DNA of 64,000 bases from the human T2T-CHM13v2.0 reference genome, Homo sapiens (GCF_009914755.1 NC_060928.1), one strand, 5' to 3'; counted from the first letter of the stretch, positions 12,470 through 26,829 are shown. The notes: generated by a model from the sequence alone, not told the origin. Translations and numbers: made by a program.

Positions 12470-13392
12470 TGTACCTGAGCAGCATGTTAGTTGCTCACTG
12501 CATGCAGAGTCCAATTAACAAGATCAAGGTCTGGTGTAAAGAGGTTTATTCTGAAGCTAGCTTAGAGGAAGAGGCCCAAGCATCCTGTCTTTAAATGTAG
12601 TGCTTCACTTTTGGAGCAGGAAGCAGGTACTTTTATAAGGCAGGGAAGGAAGCAAGAAAAGGTGGTGGGTCAGCATGCTAGCTTGGTACCAGGGAGTTGA
12701 GTTGGCACCTCCATGGGCAGAAATAAGTTGTAAAAGTAGTCAAGTGGGCATGCTTTTGACATGGCTTCCTGGCGATGAGAGTTCCAAGGTTACTCCCTGG
12801 AGGGTGAGAGTTCCGAGGTGGGCATCCTTTGGTCTGTAACTTGACCATTAACTCTCAAGGAGAGTTCCATCTTAGAGCACATGGTTAAATATAGTTGCCC
12901 TGTAGGGATTGCCTGGTGAAGGGGAGGTAAAGGGTTATATTTGCATTTCTAAAATGCTGAGTAGGAGGCAGGGAACAGGGGAAAGGAGAAAATAGAAAAT
13001 TTTAAAAAATAATAATAGTAACTCAGCCAGATGCTATGGTGCACACCTATAATCCCAGCAGTTTGGGAGGCTGAGGCAGGCAGATTGCTTGAGCCAAGGA
13101 GTTCAAGACCAGCCTGGCCAACATAGTGAGACCCTGTCTCCACTAAGAGAAAAACACAAAAATTAGCCCAGACATGTTGGTATATGCTTGTAGTCCCAGC
13201 TGCTCACAAGGCTGAGGTGGGAGGATCATTTGAGCCTGGGAGGCAGAGGCAGCAGTGAGCCAAGATTGCACCACCGCACCACTGCACTCCAGCCTGGGTA
13301 ACAGAGCAAGACCCTGTCTCAAAAAAAAAAAAAAAAAAAAAAAAAGTAACCCATTCCCTTTTTCCTAGAAAGAATGGGGGTACTTGGTTACA
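12470..13392 (-). mobile_element. MER66-like ERV1 solo LTR interrupted by AluJ
   Basis: TG...CA ends; reverse complement begins tgtaaccaagtacccccattctttctagg; antisense polyA signal (tttatt) near 12545. Confidence 0.65.
13025..13345 (+). mobile_element. AluJ inside the MER66-like LTR
   Basis: agaccctgtctc J diagnostic, about 25-nt polyA, degenerate TSD agtaactc/agtaaccc. Confidence 0.92.
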
Positions 13393-15469
13393 TTAAAACC
13401 AACCAACCAGAGTTAGAATCACAAGGCTTCTGCTAACACAACTAAATAATAGTGTGTTCTCATTCTGCACTTCAATTTTTGAGAGCTTTTGTGGTTAGAC
13501 CTGCTACTACTATGAGGAAGTTCATGTTTCATATCACTTATGTAGCTGTCTCAGTCAAGAACTTCTACAGCTGTTTTCCTCGTCTCCACTTCGCTACAAA
13601 CCCATTTTTCAAAGCTTTGTAACCCTACAATGTAATTACTTCACAGAAAAAGTAAATTTTGTGTTGAGTGTCATATATACTAGTACCAGTCCTGGGATAT
13701 ATCAGTAAATAAGAGACACAGACCCCATCCTTGAGAAGCCCCGATGAAAACTTTGCAAAGCATGTTGCCCAGGTTGCAAGGCAATTTAAAATAGCTTGGC
13801 TCCTGAATATCTTCATTTCAAAAATTTCAAGTACTAGTCATTGTATCAATAGTCCCTTCTGTAATGCACTCAAAGAGAGCTACATGCCTATTTTCTTTAC
13901 TATAAAAAAATTATAAATTTGATAATCAAATTATCAAACCATCTTAGAAGCCAGTATTAAATTCTTTTCCACACAGCACAACTAGTACAGAGGTAAACAG
14001 GAGTTTTTAGATTTCTGAATCTGATACAAATCATGCTAGCCAGCTTCAAGCAACTGGGGAATGTATTATCATCAGGAGGGAGGAGGCCTCCAGGCATTTT
14101 CTCAGTGTCAGTACCCAAGAAGACCTAAATCTAGAAGGAAGCCAGCAGACTTTGAACTTTAAAGATATCAGCAATTTATCCAAAGATAGAATTGCTGAAT
14201 TACCATATCTTTTGAGACTCTGGTAAAAAAATAAAATAATAAAATAAAATAGCAAGAAAAGAAAAAAGAAAAAGCAACCCAAATTCAAGCCTCTCTGTCA
14301 CTCATTTAATTTTCCATTTATAAGAGAAGAATCAGAGTGCCATTAGCAGAAGAGAAAGTCTGAATTAGTTCTGTGAAATCATAACAGGATGCCTAACAAC
14401 CCTAGAGGGAGATGGTAATAATATGTTAAGAGGTAGGCCAAGAAGCTTTGCCCACCATGCTCAACCCCTTAGAAATGTTAATTTTCACAAGAAGAATGGC
14501 AGGATTGTTTTATTTTTAGGAAGAGGGTGATGGGTAGTCTATTTTGATTTTAAGTATATAAAGTAGGGTGTCATGTGTCCCTGAACTCTCAATGGAAATG
14601 AGCTCTTGATTGGACTGTGACTGCCTTGCCTACAGTAGGAAAAATTGCTGAAAGATGAGAAAATGGCATGAATTAATGCTGGAAATTTTGCCAGAGGGGA
14701 GGCAGAGAGAAAGAGATTATCTGATTATACATTCAGGGATGACAGGTGAACCTCCAAAAGTTCAGAGGTTTAGTTCAGATATCCATCTCAACATTTAGCT
14801 GCTCATTTGAAGCTTTGCCAAGCACAAGGGAATATAATCTGTTTCAGAAACTGTTGACAACTCTCAACATCAGTGGGGCTCACCATAAGGCCTCTTGTTC
14901 CTGCAGTTTTCCTCACTCTATCGCTTAATAAAGTTACCAAAATTGTGTATGTTAGTTATAATTTCCATTTACTGCATATTTTGCTATTGCTGCTACCCTT
15001 GCAGGTTCTAAAATATAATTGAATTTTCCTACTTAAAGAATATTACTCTTCTTAAAACTTATCATCAGCCCAAAATCCATCAAATCATAAAAGAAAGCAA
15101 AGGTAAAAGTTAAAATATCAATATCCTAATTTTGTTATTTAATTTTGTAGAAGTTTTCTATTGACTTTACTTGGTCAATTAGTAAATAATTCATTCTGTT
15201 TTAACTAGTTCGACTCTTGTGACTAATTATAGATTAAGAATAAATACACTTTTGTTGTTGTTAACCATACACATTTTAACAGCACAGGCTACATAATTTT
15301 TACCACTGCCCAGTATTCAGTTATAGTCACTATCTAATTTATTTGTCATAAGGTTTATGAGATTAAAAAAACAACAAAGCAACATAAAACTCATACGAAC
15401 ACTCTACACACAAAAAAATCCGACAAAAACAGGCCTAATTTTGTCTGCTGCCAAAGCAAATAATCTCCA

Positions 15470-15635
15470 TATGCTTGCTATACAAAGTGTGGTCTGCAGA
15501 CCAGCAGCATCAACATCACATGGAAGCCTGTTAGAAATACCAGACTCAGAGTTCATCTCAAATTTACGCTACAAGAGTCTGTATTTTAGCAAGTTCCCAG
15601 GTGATTCCTGTGTATATAACATTTTGGGAAGAAAT
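15470..15635. mobile_element. MER5A (hAT-Charlie)
   Basis: caaagtgtggtctgcagaccagcagcatcaacatcacatgg...ttagaaat...ttttagcaagttcccaggtgattc. Confidence 0.8.
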
Positions 15636-15883
15636 TATATACTACGTTGTCATTTTTCCTTGATAATAAAATTTTATTGACACATCTCAGTTTTTGAGTA
15701 AAAGCCTTTTCTAATTCAAAGTTAATATATCTTATTTTTCTCATTACAAGAATATATGTCCATTTAAAAATAAAAGTAAAGCATCATGAATTTATAAAGA
15801 AAAAAGTAAAATATCTCATAATTTTATTCCCTAAAAATGATCCCTATTAACAGTATAAAAAGTAATCAAAGGAATAACTACTT

Positions 15884-16467
15884 TGTAAAGCAAAAAGGAT
15901 CTGAGAAAAGTCTCAATTTAAAAAGTGTATTTTGCCAAAGTTAAGATGCACCTGTGACAGAGCCTCAGGAGGTCATGACAACACGTGCCCAAGGTGGTCA
16001 GGGTACAGCCTGCTTTTATACATTTTAGGGAGATATAATACATCATTCAGTACATGTAAGATTTACATTGGTTCCATCTGGAAGGGCAAGACAACTCAAA
16101 GTGGGAAGGCAGGGATGGGTGCTTCCAGGTCATAGGTAGACTTAAAAATGTTCTGATTGGCAATTCGTGGAAAAAGTTATCAGTAGAAAAGAATGTCTGG
16201 GATACTGTAAGAGGTTGTGGAGACCAGGGTTTTATCCTGTAGGTAAAGCCTCCAAGTATCAGGCTTCAGAGAGAAAAGACTGTAAATGCTCCTTTTGAGA
16301 CTTAAGGTCTATGTTGATGTTAATGCTGGAGGGGTATATTGAGGCATGTCCAATCCCCTCTTCCATGGCAGCCTAAACTAGATTTTCAGGTTAACTCTAG
16401 AATGCCCTTGGCCGAGAGGATGGTTCCATTCAGATGATTGGAGGGCCTTAGAATTTTATTGTTTACA
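15884..16467 (-). mobile_element. MER4-family (MER4B/D-like) ERV1 solo LTR
   Basis: TG...CA ends; ttttgccaaag...agcctcaggaggtcatgacaacacgtgcccaaggtggtcaggg is antisense to the 3' part of the MER4A1 LTRs at 40013 and 48090. Confidence 0.8.
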
Positions 16468-17246
16468 GTTTTCACCTTTAAAATTAAACAAAACAACTCA
16501 ATCATTTACTTAATATATCCATCTTAGGAAATAATTACCTCATTCATAACAATTAGGTTATGGTTTAACTTTTAAAAACAATTCTAAGAATATCTGGGCA
16601 TTATCTTCAGTAAGATTTCAATAAAGAAGACTTTGAAAGCTCAGAGGCAAGGGAAAATATGTAATCCATTGAGTTTGTTCTCGAGCAGTTTGCATACATA
16701 CCTTCCTTTCACCGTGCTGCTCTTTACTTCTCCTACTCTTCTAATAAATTAACTCTGCTTGCTTCCCCCTTACACAAATTATTTGATATTTAATACAGGC
16801 AGAAGCCATGAAGTGAAAAGCCTGATAAAATTGATACATGAAGATTTAACATAGCAAAAGCAAATATCAAATGACAAAAAACAATGTTTATGAGAAAAAA
16901 AGCTGTTTATATATGAACACAAAGAAACACCAATGAATATTCCAATAGACAAAATATATGAACATTTTTAAAATTATAAATGGCCAGTAAGCATATAAAA
17001 ATCACATTTTACCTTAAAAGAATAAGACAAATGAAGTGCCATTTTTTCCATGTGTTAGTTGGAAAAGGTATAGAGACAAAATGGAAAGAATCTAAGGAAC
17101 TATAGCTTTCATATACTTAGTTATAAATTGGTACATTTCCGAAGTATAATTGGATGACATGCATTAAACTTGTTATAAGAGGCACACATATTTACTCATA
17201 AATTCCTTTTCTCAACGTTTTAAGAAAATGATTATAGTGTGTGAAA

Positions 17247-17532
<286 letters not shown>

Positions 17533-17588
17533 AAGTGTGTGAAAATTGTATAAAGATGTTTATTAAAACAGCTTTTAAAATATAAAAT

Positions 17589-18025
17589 TGTGAATAAAAG
17601 ATCATAATATCAGTAGAGGAAAAAGGGATCACTTTATTGTCTATTACCAAAAAAAACCAATATGCAGATTGAAGAGGCATAGCCTTTAGTACAACTGAAA
17701 GCGTGCTGCTCTACAAAGAACAAAAAAAAGTTAGAGATTTTATTAAAAGGATAACTGTTATGTACTGCTCTTTGAGAAATTTCATTGGCACTAGTAAGAT
17801 TTTGAAGATCTGGCCAGCTCTAAATGGTAAGTGACTGTGGTGGGCAGAACTAGTCTGAGAGTGGTAGCAGGTCTTTAAAGTAATCATTAGAGAAAACTGG
17901 TCTCAGGTTACTGCAGGCAGTTTTAGTTGCCAGGCTTGTTCTGACTGCTTTCTCCCCCTGGCTTCTCAACTCTGTTTTAGTTGAGTGTGACAAGAACAAT
18001 CCAATTCATATGACCAACTTCCACA
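17589..18025 (-). mobile_element. ERV1 MER4-group solo LTR (MER93-like)
   Basis: Reverse complement begins tgtggaagttggtcatatgaattggattgttcttgtcacactcaactaaaacagagt; TG...CA ends; near-TSD aaat/aatt. Confidence 0.6.
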
Positions 18026-19105
18026 AATTAAAAGATAAACTAAATGTCCAACAATTTAAGGTTTATGCAGATTATAATAGAGTCATACAATAGAATGTTG
18101 AGACATTATTAAAATTATACTTTAAGATATTTTATAATTCTCATAAAATGGAAGAAAATGATAGTTTGAGTGAAAATGTATATGATCATTTTGTACCAAT
18201 TTCTATTTTGCAATTTTGAAATTAGACAATTTTGTAGCTAGTAAGTTTTTCCAACCGTTTTTTCCCCACATGAATAAAAATGATTTCACTCAGAATGAAG
18301 TATCTACTAGGGATACTTTTTATTCATTCCACGCTATCAAGATAACAGTGTAAGTATAGTGTTTTAAAAATATTAGAAGGGAGAGGACAAGCAAATCCCC
18401 AACATCCACTTCATCATGATGTTGGTGATTTGTTTATTCACATTCGAGTAAACATTTTTGAGGTCAGGGTCTGGTATTAAGTCAGCTGTTACCATTTCTT
18501 TGAAAGCCTAGGAAAACTGGCAAACTCATAGCCAAAACCTCACAATCTGCTAAATATTATGCTATTCCAGGGAAGGCTCTGCCTGTCCCTTAACCTATTA
18601 TTAGTCCTTTCACTTCGCTCATATGCACAGGAAATCACCAACAACATTGAGTAAACAAATACAGTTTTTGTCTGCAATAATCTATCCATCCATCCATCTA
18701 TCCAGTGTAACTGATGGCTTTAACTTTTTGGTCCATCATTCATTACTTCGTTGTCTCCAAGCTAGGTCACAAAGCTGAGAAATGAGAGATAAATGTGTAC
18801 ATAGTCTTAATTGGGATCCCAGACATACCAATGCAATATGGAAAGCATTGTCCATCTTACCTCACACAAGCAGACATTGGGGTTTATTGGGGAGGAGAGT
18901 TCTTTAATGGGAATTCGTGAGAGTAATTTTTCACCAACTCAACTTCCAAGACAGTCTGTGATGAGGAGGAGACTGGGGATGGAGAGGTGGGTGCAAGAGA
19001 ATCTCTTGAAGAATGAAGAAGGGAAGTGGCATTTCACAGCTACACTTAATGCTTGCTGAGCTGCAAGAATTTTTAGTCCTCTACTCCGCTGTTAACAGAA
19101 AGATA

Positions 19106-20255
<1,150 letters not shown>

Positions 20256-21099
20256 TACATTAAAATGTGGGGTCATTCACTTGCAAATATGCTTTATATA
20301 AATTACTTTGTTTTTAAAGTAAAGTATGCCGAATACCCCCATATATATCACATACAACAGAATGCAAAATAAGGTATTTCCTGTCAAATATAACTTTCAG
20401 GAACTTCAAACACATTAATCTATCAACAAATAGGTATTGCACATTTATTTATTCATTCAAATATATATTGAGTACTGCAAATAAGCACTAGAACTATAAA
20501 TATAGGCCTGGAAGTCTTATATATTATGTTTCATCTAAACCTTAATATAAAAAAAAAACATGTTCATGCATTTTCCATTTGTTAAACATTGTATTTGGGA
20601 TTTAGAAAGGTAAAGATTAAAATGCTTTTGCCAACCTCACCATTAGAGTAAGACCAGAAACTGGACTTAACTATAAAAAAGGATTCACTAAGAGAAATAC
20701 AAATAAAATGCCATGGATTGCAAAAGAAAAATCATATGATAACAGAAGGCATTTCAGGCACAGGAAATTAAGATGTTAGATTATGATCACAATAATGAAC
20801 TGGGAATCAGTGTTTAACAATCGTATTCCCAGACTTACTCTGCCTTATGTCTCCTACGCTCTAACAAGAATGGTAGCTCCACACCTAAGGTCTTTCTGAG
20901 GGCTCTGCAGTGCCCTGCAGTATCATTACATCTTCACAACTATGCCCACGTTAGGACATACTGTCCCCTTAATAGGAGGAGGAAATTAAGACTTGTCCCT
21001 TTTTCTCGTTTCTCCACTCAGCGGCTTTGATCACACATTCTCTCTACTCCCACTCCCTTCAATCTGGGGCATCCCTCTTTCCACATCAGGTTCAAGTGT

Positions 21100-21250
21100 C
21101 ATTGTAGTGGGAAAGATAGAGGATCTAAAGTTAGAAGTCTGAGATTTGTGTCCTGGGTCTACTACTTACTTATCATGTTAGTGATTCATTTAACATCTGA
21201 GCTTCATTTTACTTTTCATAGGAACTTCTCTAACACTTGTGAATAGATCG
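21100..21250 (+). mobile_element. MIR
   Basis: gtcctgggtctactacttact...attttaacatctgagcttcatttt. Confidence 0.55.
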
Positions 21251-21339
21251 TAAAGTATCATTTTGGAAAATACTCTGCAGGCTAGAATGTGCAAGTGATA
21301 CAGGTGTAAACATTCTAAAACAATAAGAATTAAATTGGT

Positions 21340-21520
21340 CACTTCTCTATTTTTCCAACACCACATTGCATCAATGTATGTTTTAGCACTGTCACTACTG
21401 TTTTATAGTTTTAATCTTTTTCTACCCCACTCGATAATGGATTCATAAAGAGGAAGGATTGTTCTTATTCATCTTTGTAGCCTAGTCTATAGCATGGCCC
21501 GTAGTAGATGCAAGGGAGTT
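21340..21520 (+). mobile_element. L2 3' end
   Basis: gttcttattcatctttgtagcctagtctatagcatggcccgtagtagatgc. Confidence 0.55.
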
Positions 21521-22029
21521 AGTCAAAGAGAAAGTTAGTGGTGAGAGGGAAAAAGCTAAGATTATTTCAACCAAAGCATATACCACAGTATATTAATCAA
21601 AGGTACAAACATAAACATGAATATAAAATTTAACAATAATTTACAAGCAGTAGCAATGTAGAATAACGATGTACCTGTTTACAGGGATGTTTAAAAAGCT
21701 TAGGAAAAATGGGTAAGCATTTAGCCAATATAATATATGGTATCATTTGATCTTTTAAATAAATGAAATTAAAGCTCTATCTAAAAAAAAAAAAAGCATT
21801 CTCACGCTTTTCCCCATATATCAGGAGACTAGATTTCTAATAGGGTACTGAATGACCTTAGCAGTTTAATTAACTCTTCTATGAGGCTCTCCTTATCTAA
21901 AGTGGTGGTAAAATCCCCCTTCGATCTATGTCATAGGATGAAGATGAAGTTATGCGTAGGAAAAGCTTGTAGTTTTTTTTTTTTTCAGACAGGTCTTTTA
22001 GTTTTTGGTTCCATGTCCTTTCCACATCT

Positions 22030-23320
22030 ATGACAGTTGAGTTATTGTTCTAATTTGTGTTTCCTTGAGGGCACTGTCCCATGGATAATCCTGACAGAGG
22101 AAATTTGTTTTCTGCATGGGTTTTTCTTGGTTTTGGTGAAGCTGCTGACCTGGGTGCCTGTCCCATGCTGCTGGGCATCTGTCTCAGTGTAGGAAGACCT
22201 GTGCTTCCCTTGGGGATGAATTTTGCTGGCAGACTTTTCAGTGAAGAATAGCTGTCCTCACTGAAATGTCTTCTCCAACTACTGCTGCTCCCATTCCCTC
22301 TCTCATTGCCAGGGAAGCTGTCACTGGCTGTGTCTAGTGTGGGAACTACTCCCAGTGGTTCCCCTATACTAATTACCCCAGACAAGACCTACTCACCTCA
22401 TTATGGACAGGTTTACCCTCTTGCTACCTTACTCCCAGCCCCTCTATCAAGTCTGCTCCTCCAGGTTGACTGAGGCCTCAGTCCTTACCTTTTCTGTCAT
22501 CCTGGGCTGAAGAATAGTGGAAACTCCCTATAAGAGGCTGCTGCCTGAGCCTGCTTGTCTTCTGCTTATTTCAGCTGCTTGTTAATACTGCCTTAGAGTC
22601 CTGTTTAATCATATATAGCCAAAGGAACTTCAAATGGCTCTTCTTCTGTTGGTCTTATTGACCTTATTCTTATCTTGTTCTGTAAATGTCTGCCTCTTGA
22701 TCTTCCAAACTCAATGGTGTTCCTGTGGTCCAGAGTCATCCTCAGTATTCCCGGTGAGGACTGGCTATTCCACAAGGAAGGTGATGTATGATACTTCAGT
22801 CTGGGTATAGTTTTATATTTGTATTGAAACCAGTAGCTATCCCATAAAATTTCTGGAACTTTGATGGCTCTCTGAACTTGTTTCCCAGACAGATTCAAAT
22901 GTCCTTTCATTTTACAGAATTGCTGAGGGGTATGTGGCAGAGTATCATTAGGGTGTCAAGCTTCCATCTCTTCCCCATAGATAAGTCTTGACATTTGAAA
23001 AGCTGAATACACTTGCTGGCACTTCATATTTTTTTTCAGTATGTTGGGAAAGATTGCCTTTAATAGCATCTACTACCTTTGCACACTAACTACATCATAA
23101 TGGCTGTCCAATGGTTTTAGGACTCCTTGTTGCTTCACATGTCCGTTAATAAGTAAATTGAACCTTAACTTGTGTTTTCAACACTGAAAACTCCTGTGGA
23201 ACCTCCCATCCTCAGACTTACAATAAATATCATCAACTTCTTTTATGCAGTTTGTTCTCTTGCACAGTAGCCTGACTAAGCCCTTCAAGTCTGTGTCAAA
23301 TGTACTTTCTTTCAATTTTT
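22030..23320 (-). mobile_element. Ancient non-LTR retrotransposon RT remnant (RTE-X/L4-like)
   Basis: Hand translation of the minus strand, allowing frameshifts, gives collinear post-YADD RT motifs: LTQT*-GLVRLL, YCKSE, LINGHVKQQGVLKPLD, VPA...RLIYGEEM, ESV-NKF-RAI-KVP. Confidence 0.55.
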
Positions 23321-24963
23321 TGTTACTTCAAAAAATAGCTCAGAAAGGATTTCTTTTCTTTTAAGTTGTTGTTACAAATAAAAAGTAAGCTTAAAGAATA
23401 TCTTTGGAGGAATTGCTGTATGCTTAACAATAGAAGCTATCATCGGTTATACTGAGTCTCTGTACATTGATGAAAGATATTTTAACCATGGAAGGGACTT
23501 TTTTTAGGTAGAAAAAGCCTTTTCTAATTTCTCTTGGCCTTGTCTCCTGGGAGTGCTTTTAGAAAAATTAATGAGATATGGTCTAGAAATCACTTGTGCT
23601 CCTTAGGGAGGTGCTATGCAAATTTAAGATAACAGCAGAAGGAGCCATCACATTAAGAGTCAGGTAATTATTTGAAAGACTGGGAAACTTAATTTTAACC
23701 CATATTGATTAAAGTATTTGTTGAAAGTTTGAAATGATTGATGTCCAGTTCCAAATGAGAATCATCACTGTTGTCAATACCCTTGGAAAGCATCATCAAA
23801 CAGTATTCCTTCTGCTGTGTTAAGCATCTTATAAACCTGATCATAGTCATTTCCCCACAGGAGAAAATATAAAATAGTTTGCTTTAGGTAGTTTTGAAGC
23901 ATTTCCAGGGAGAGCTTTTATTTTTCTTTACAATTCACAAAGGTGTTTTACTACAGTGCACAGTCCACAGCCCACTTAACTAGCTTTTCAGTGTCATAAA
24001 CCTAAGGTTACCTTGGATTAATTTTCCTCTGTGTCCACCTGATCTGCCAGCATTTTTTTTTTCTGTCCTTAAAACTGACAGCAAGATGATTGATTACAGG
24101 CAACTGCAAGGCCACTTTTTGAATGCATGACGTTTTCTGGAATCAAGTTAGAAATTCAGAGGATGTAAAGAAATCACTGTAAATTAATAAAGGAAAAGAG
24201 TCTAATACCCACTGACCAGTTGAGCAAATCATCATGTTCACTTGCTCCTAGAAATCACTTGCAATAGATATTCTTTCAATTACAGAGAAAATTAACTACC
24301 TCACAAGAACCAAATTAAGAAGTCCAGTGCAATGAGCTGGGAAGGTCTTTATGAATGATGGGGCCACCTGATGAGTGACAATTTCACATTTAATTACAAT
24401 GGTGTATAATTTATAACTCTCCCTTCTTTCAAATTATGCCACATTGGTAGAATTTCCAGCTGAGGAAACTCTATGCTGTGAGGAATCGTATGCTCTATGA
24501 GGAATCATATGCTGTGAGAAGGCTCTGCACAGGACCATTTGATCACATCTATGTGATACAGACAAAGGCATCATAACAAATAGTACTGATTTTTCATTTT
24601 GCTCCAAGAAGACAACATATGTCTTTAGCATAATTTCTCACACAGAGCTCCAAGCCTATGTATTGATTACATGACCTTCTTCTGGACAGCCTTTGTGTCT
24701 GGCAAGTAAGATAGAGGGAACTTAATAGAGAGTATTACTTACTTTGTCCTCCACTTACCCACTGGACAATAAGGTATTTTTAAGTCAAATAATGATCACT
24801 GGGACACATGCTGAATCTTGGTGAGGTAGGGAAGCCAGGAAACAATGCAGGAGAAGAGATAATAGCTATTAGCTTTAAAGGGTATGACCTGTGATATTAG
24901 ATAGGATCTGTGGGATTCCCAATGGGAGAGACAATGTGGTGATAGGCACATGTCCATGTTGCA

Positions 24964-25078
24964 CTCTAGACTGTTCTCACTACAGTGTGGAACTTAGAAA
25001 ATCAAATTTAGCTTATCATCTAGAAAAGTTTGAATACTTCTTTCATGTATTTTTAAACTGTCCTTTAACAAATAGCAA
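24964..25078 (+). repeat. Local direct duplication, copy 1 (about 115 bp)
   Basis: Ungapped match to 26715-26829 with about 18 mismatches by hand count. Confidence 0.95.
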
Positions 25079-25761
25079 TACTGTAAAAAAAAAGTGTAGA
25101 TACTTGTTGAAATCATCATAACCTCGCTACCTCCATTCATCATACTACATTATGATCTTACCATCCTCAACACCATCAGAATTTTTATTTTTAATTCCTA
25201 AAGCAGAGAATCTCCCAACTTATAGTTTTAAATATTGAAGGAAGATAGTTTTAAATATTGAACATGCATTTCTGTTTTAAAATATAACATTTAATAGGCT
25301 ATAATTCAATAAATACACTTTAATATGATTTTTAAGTGTTTTAAGGAAAAGGCTAGCACAATATTTAAGGATGAGACAGACACATTAAAAGTCAGGACAA
25401 ATATAAATATGTCCAGTATCAGCATAATTATTTAATATTTTAAGAAACTACTGAAACTATGAAACATCGCAATTAGAAAAGAAAAAGAAATATACAAAAC
25501 GTAATAGAAGGATTCACAGGTCTTTCTCAGAAGGGAGAATAATTTTTCACAGATTATATAATTGCAAAGATTTTCCATTACAACAGAACCATCCTTCAAG
25601 GGGTCCCAGTCTTGCCCTGCCTGTTCTGAGAGGTTTCATAGTATCTACGCTAGAAAGGTCAAGTGTTAATAAGTGGCTGGTTAGACATAGTCTTGGAACA
25701 TTAAAGAGTTGGCTGTAAATCATACACTCAGTTGGGTTAATGGACTGAGAATTCTTCCCTG

Positions 25762-26090
25762 TGTTGCAGGACTTTTGCTTAGTCCGGCTAAAGATGGGTC
25801 TTTGTCTCTCCCAGAGACATGAAAATTCAGGTTTGCAGATGGTTTGAAGGGTGAGTAAAGCAGGATTTTATTGGGTGAAAAAGAAAAAAGGGAGAACAGG
25901 GACTCTCTGCGAGGCCAAGAGTTCCTGCCCATGAGCTTCCTGCCTGGCCGATTGAATCCCAGGGTCCACACAGCAAGGGGAGGGGTAAGGCTCCTCCCCT
26001 CTGCAAACAGTGAGAACCTCTGTGGCTCCACCCTAGTGCCCAAGCCAGTTGGAGTTTTGCCAGGGAGTCCCTCCCACCTGGTTGTCTTCA
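25762..26090 (-). mobile_element. MER61 ERV1 solo LTR
   Basis: tgttgcaggacttttgcttagtccggctaaagatggg...ttttattgggtgaaaaag...tgtcttca; perfect 4-bp TSD cctg/cctg. Confidence 0.85.
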
Positions 26091-26139
26091 CCTGGAGGGA
26101 AGCAAGGTGGATTTCTGGGTAGGGTGTCACTGTGTCAGC

Positions 26140-26607
26140 TTTCACCCAACTCCTTGGCACTCACCACTAAACATCTTTTCTCTAATCCATGTTGGGCACC
26201 ATATGCTCCATCTGTCTCACCTTTCTTGCCACACTTGTCTTCTTTGTTCCCCAAACTGAGCATTCTCTTTCTTGCCCAGAGCCTTTACACATACTGCCTG
26301 GTAACTTATCACTCCGTCCACCCTTGCTTTAGTCAAAATTTGTCTCATTAAACTTGAAACCCTGATACCACTTCTTCAGATAATACTTCCTTAATCCCTG
26401 AGATACCTGTTAAAATATTCATAGTGTTATGCTGTCCTCCTTCACAATTATTTAGGTTGTAATCCAATTATTATGAAATCAGTTGTACAGCATCTGTCTA
26501 CCCTCCTACTTTCTCCATTATGGGTTCAAGATTAAATTGGTCACCATTGAAAATCCAGACCTTGACCATTATCTGTATTACCAGAGGCATATTTGGTGAA
26601 TGAATGA
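26140..26607 (+). mobile_element. L2 3' fragment
   Basis: Pyrimidine-rich body (cagagcctttacacatactgcctgg) ending in tgaatgaatga. Confidence 0.65.
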
Positions 26608-26714
26608 TTTCTACTTCTAGAGACCTCATATTTTTAGAAAGCTATCCTCTCCCACAGAAAACACACACACACTTGTAGTATATGTATACATATGTGTGTG
26701 TTCTATATCTCGGG

Positions 26715-26829
26715 CTCTAGACTATTCTCGCTGTAGTGCAGAACTTAGGAAATCAAATTTAGCTCATCCTCTGGAAGAGTTATAATACATCTTCCATGTA
26801 TTTTTAAACTGCCTTTTAATAAATAGCAA
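26715..26829 (+). repeat. Local direct duplication, copy 2, embedded in a TA/CA low-complexity patch
   Basis: About 84% identical to 24964-25078. Confidence 0.95.

Noticed and set aside
13918-13938. 9-bp inverted repeat tttgataat-caa-attatcaaa
   Set aside because: Expected by chance in AT-rich DNA of this length.
22050-22910. 111- and 101-aa minus-strand ORFs as a host gene
   Set aside because: No recognisable host protein or splice structure; better explained as decayed LINE sequence.
25222-25262. 18-bp near-tandem duplication atagttttaaatattgaa (similar ones near 39793 and 46203)
   Set aside because: Ordinary slippage duplications with no sign of function.
25720-26351. Overlapping 146-, 83- and 100-aa ORFs
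   Set aside because: They lie in MER61 LTR and L2 sequence and show no recognisable protein homology.
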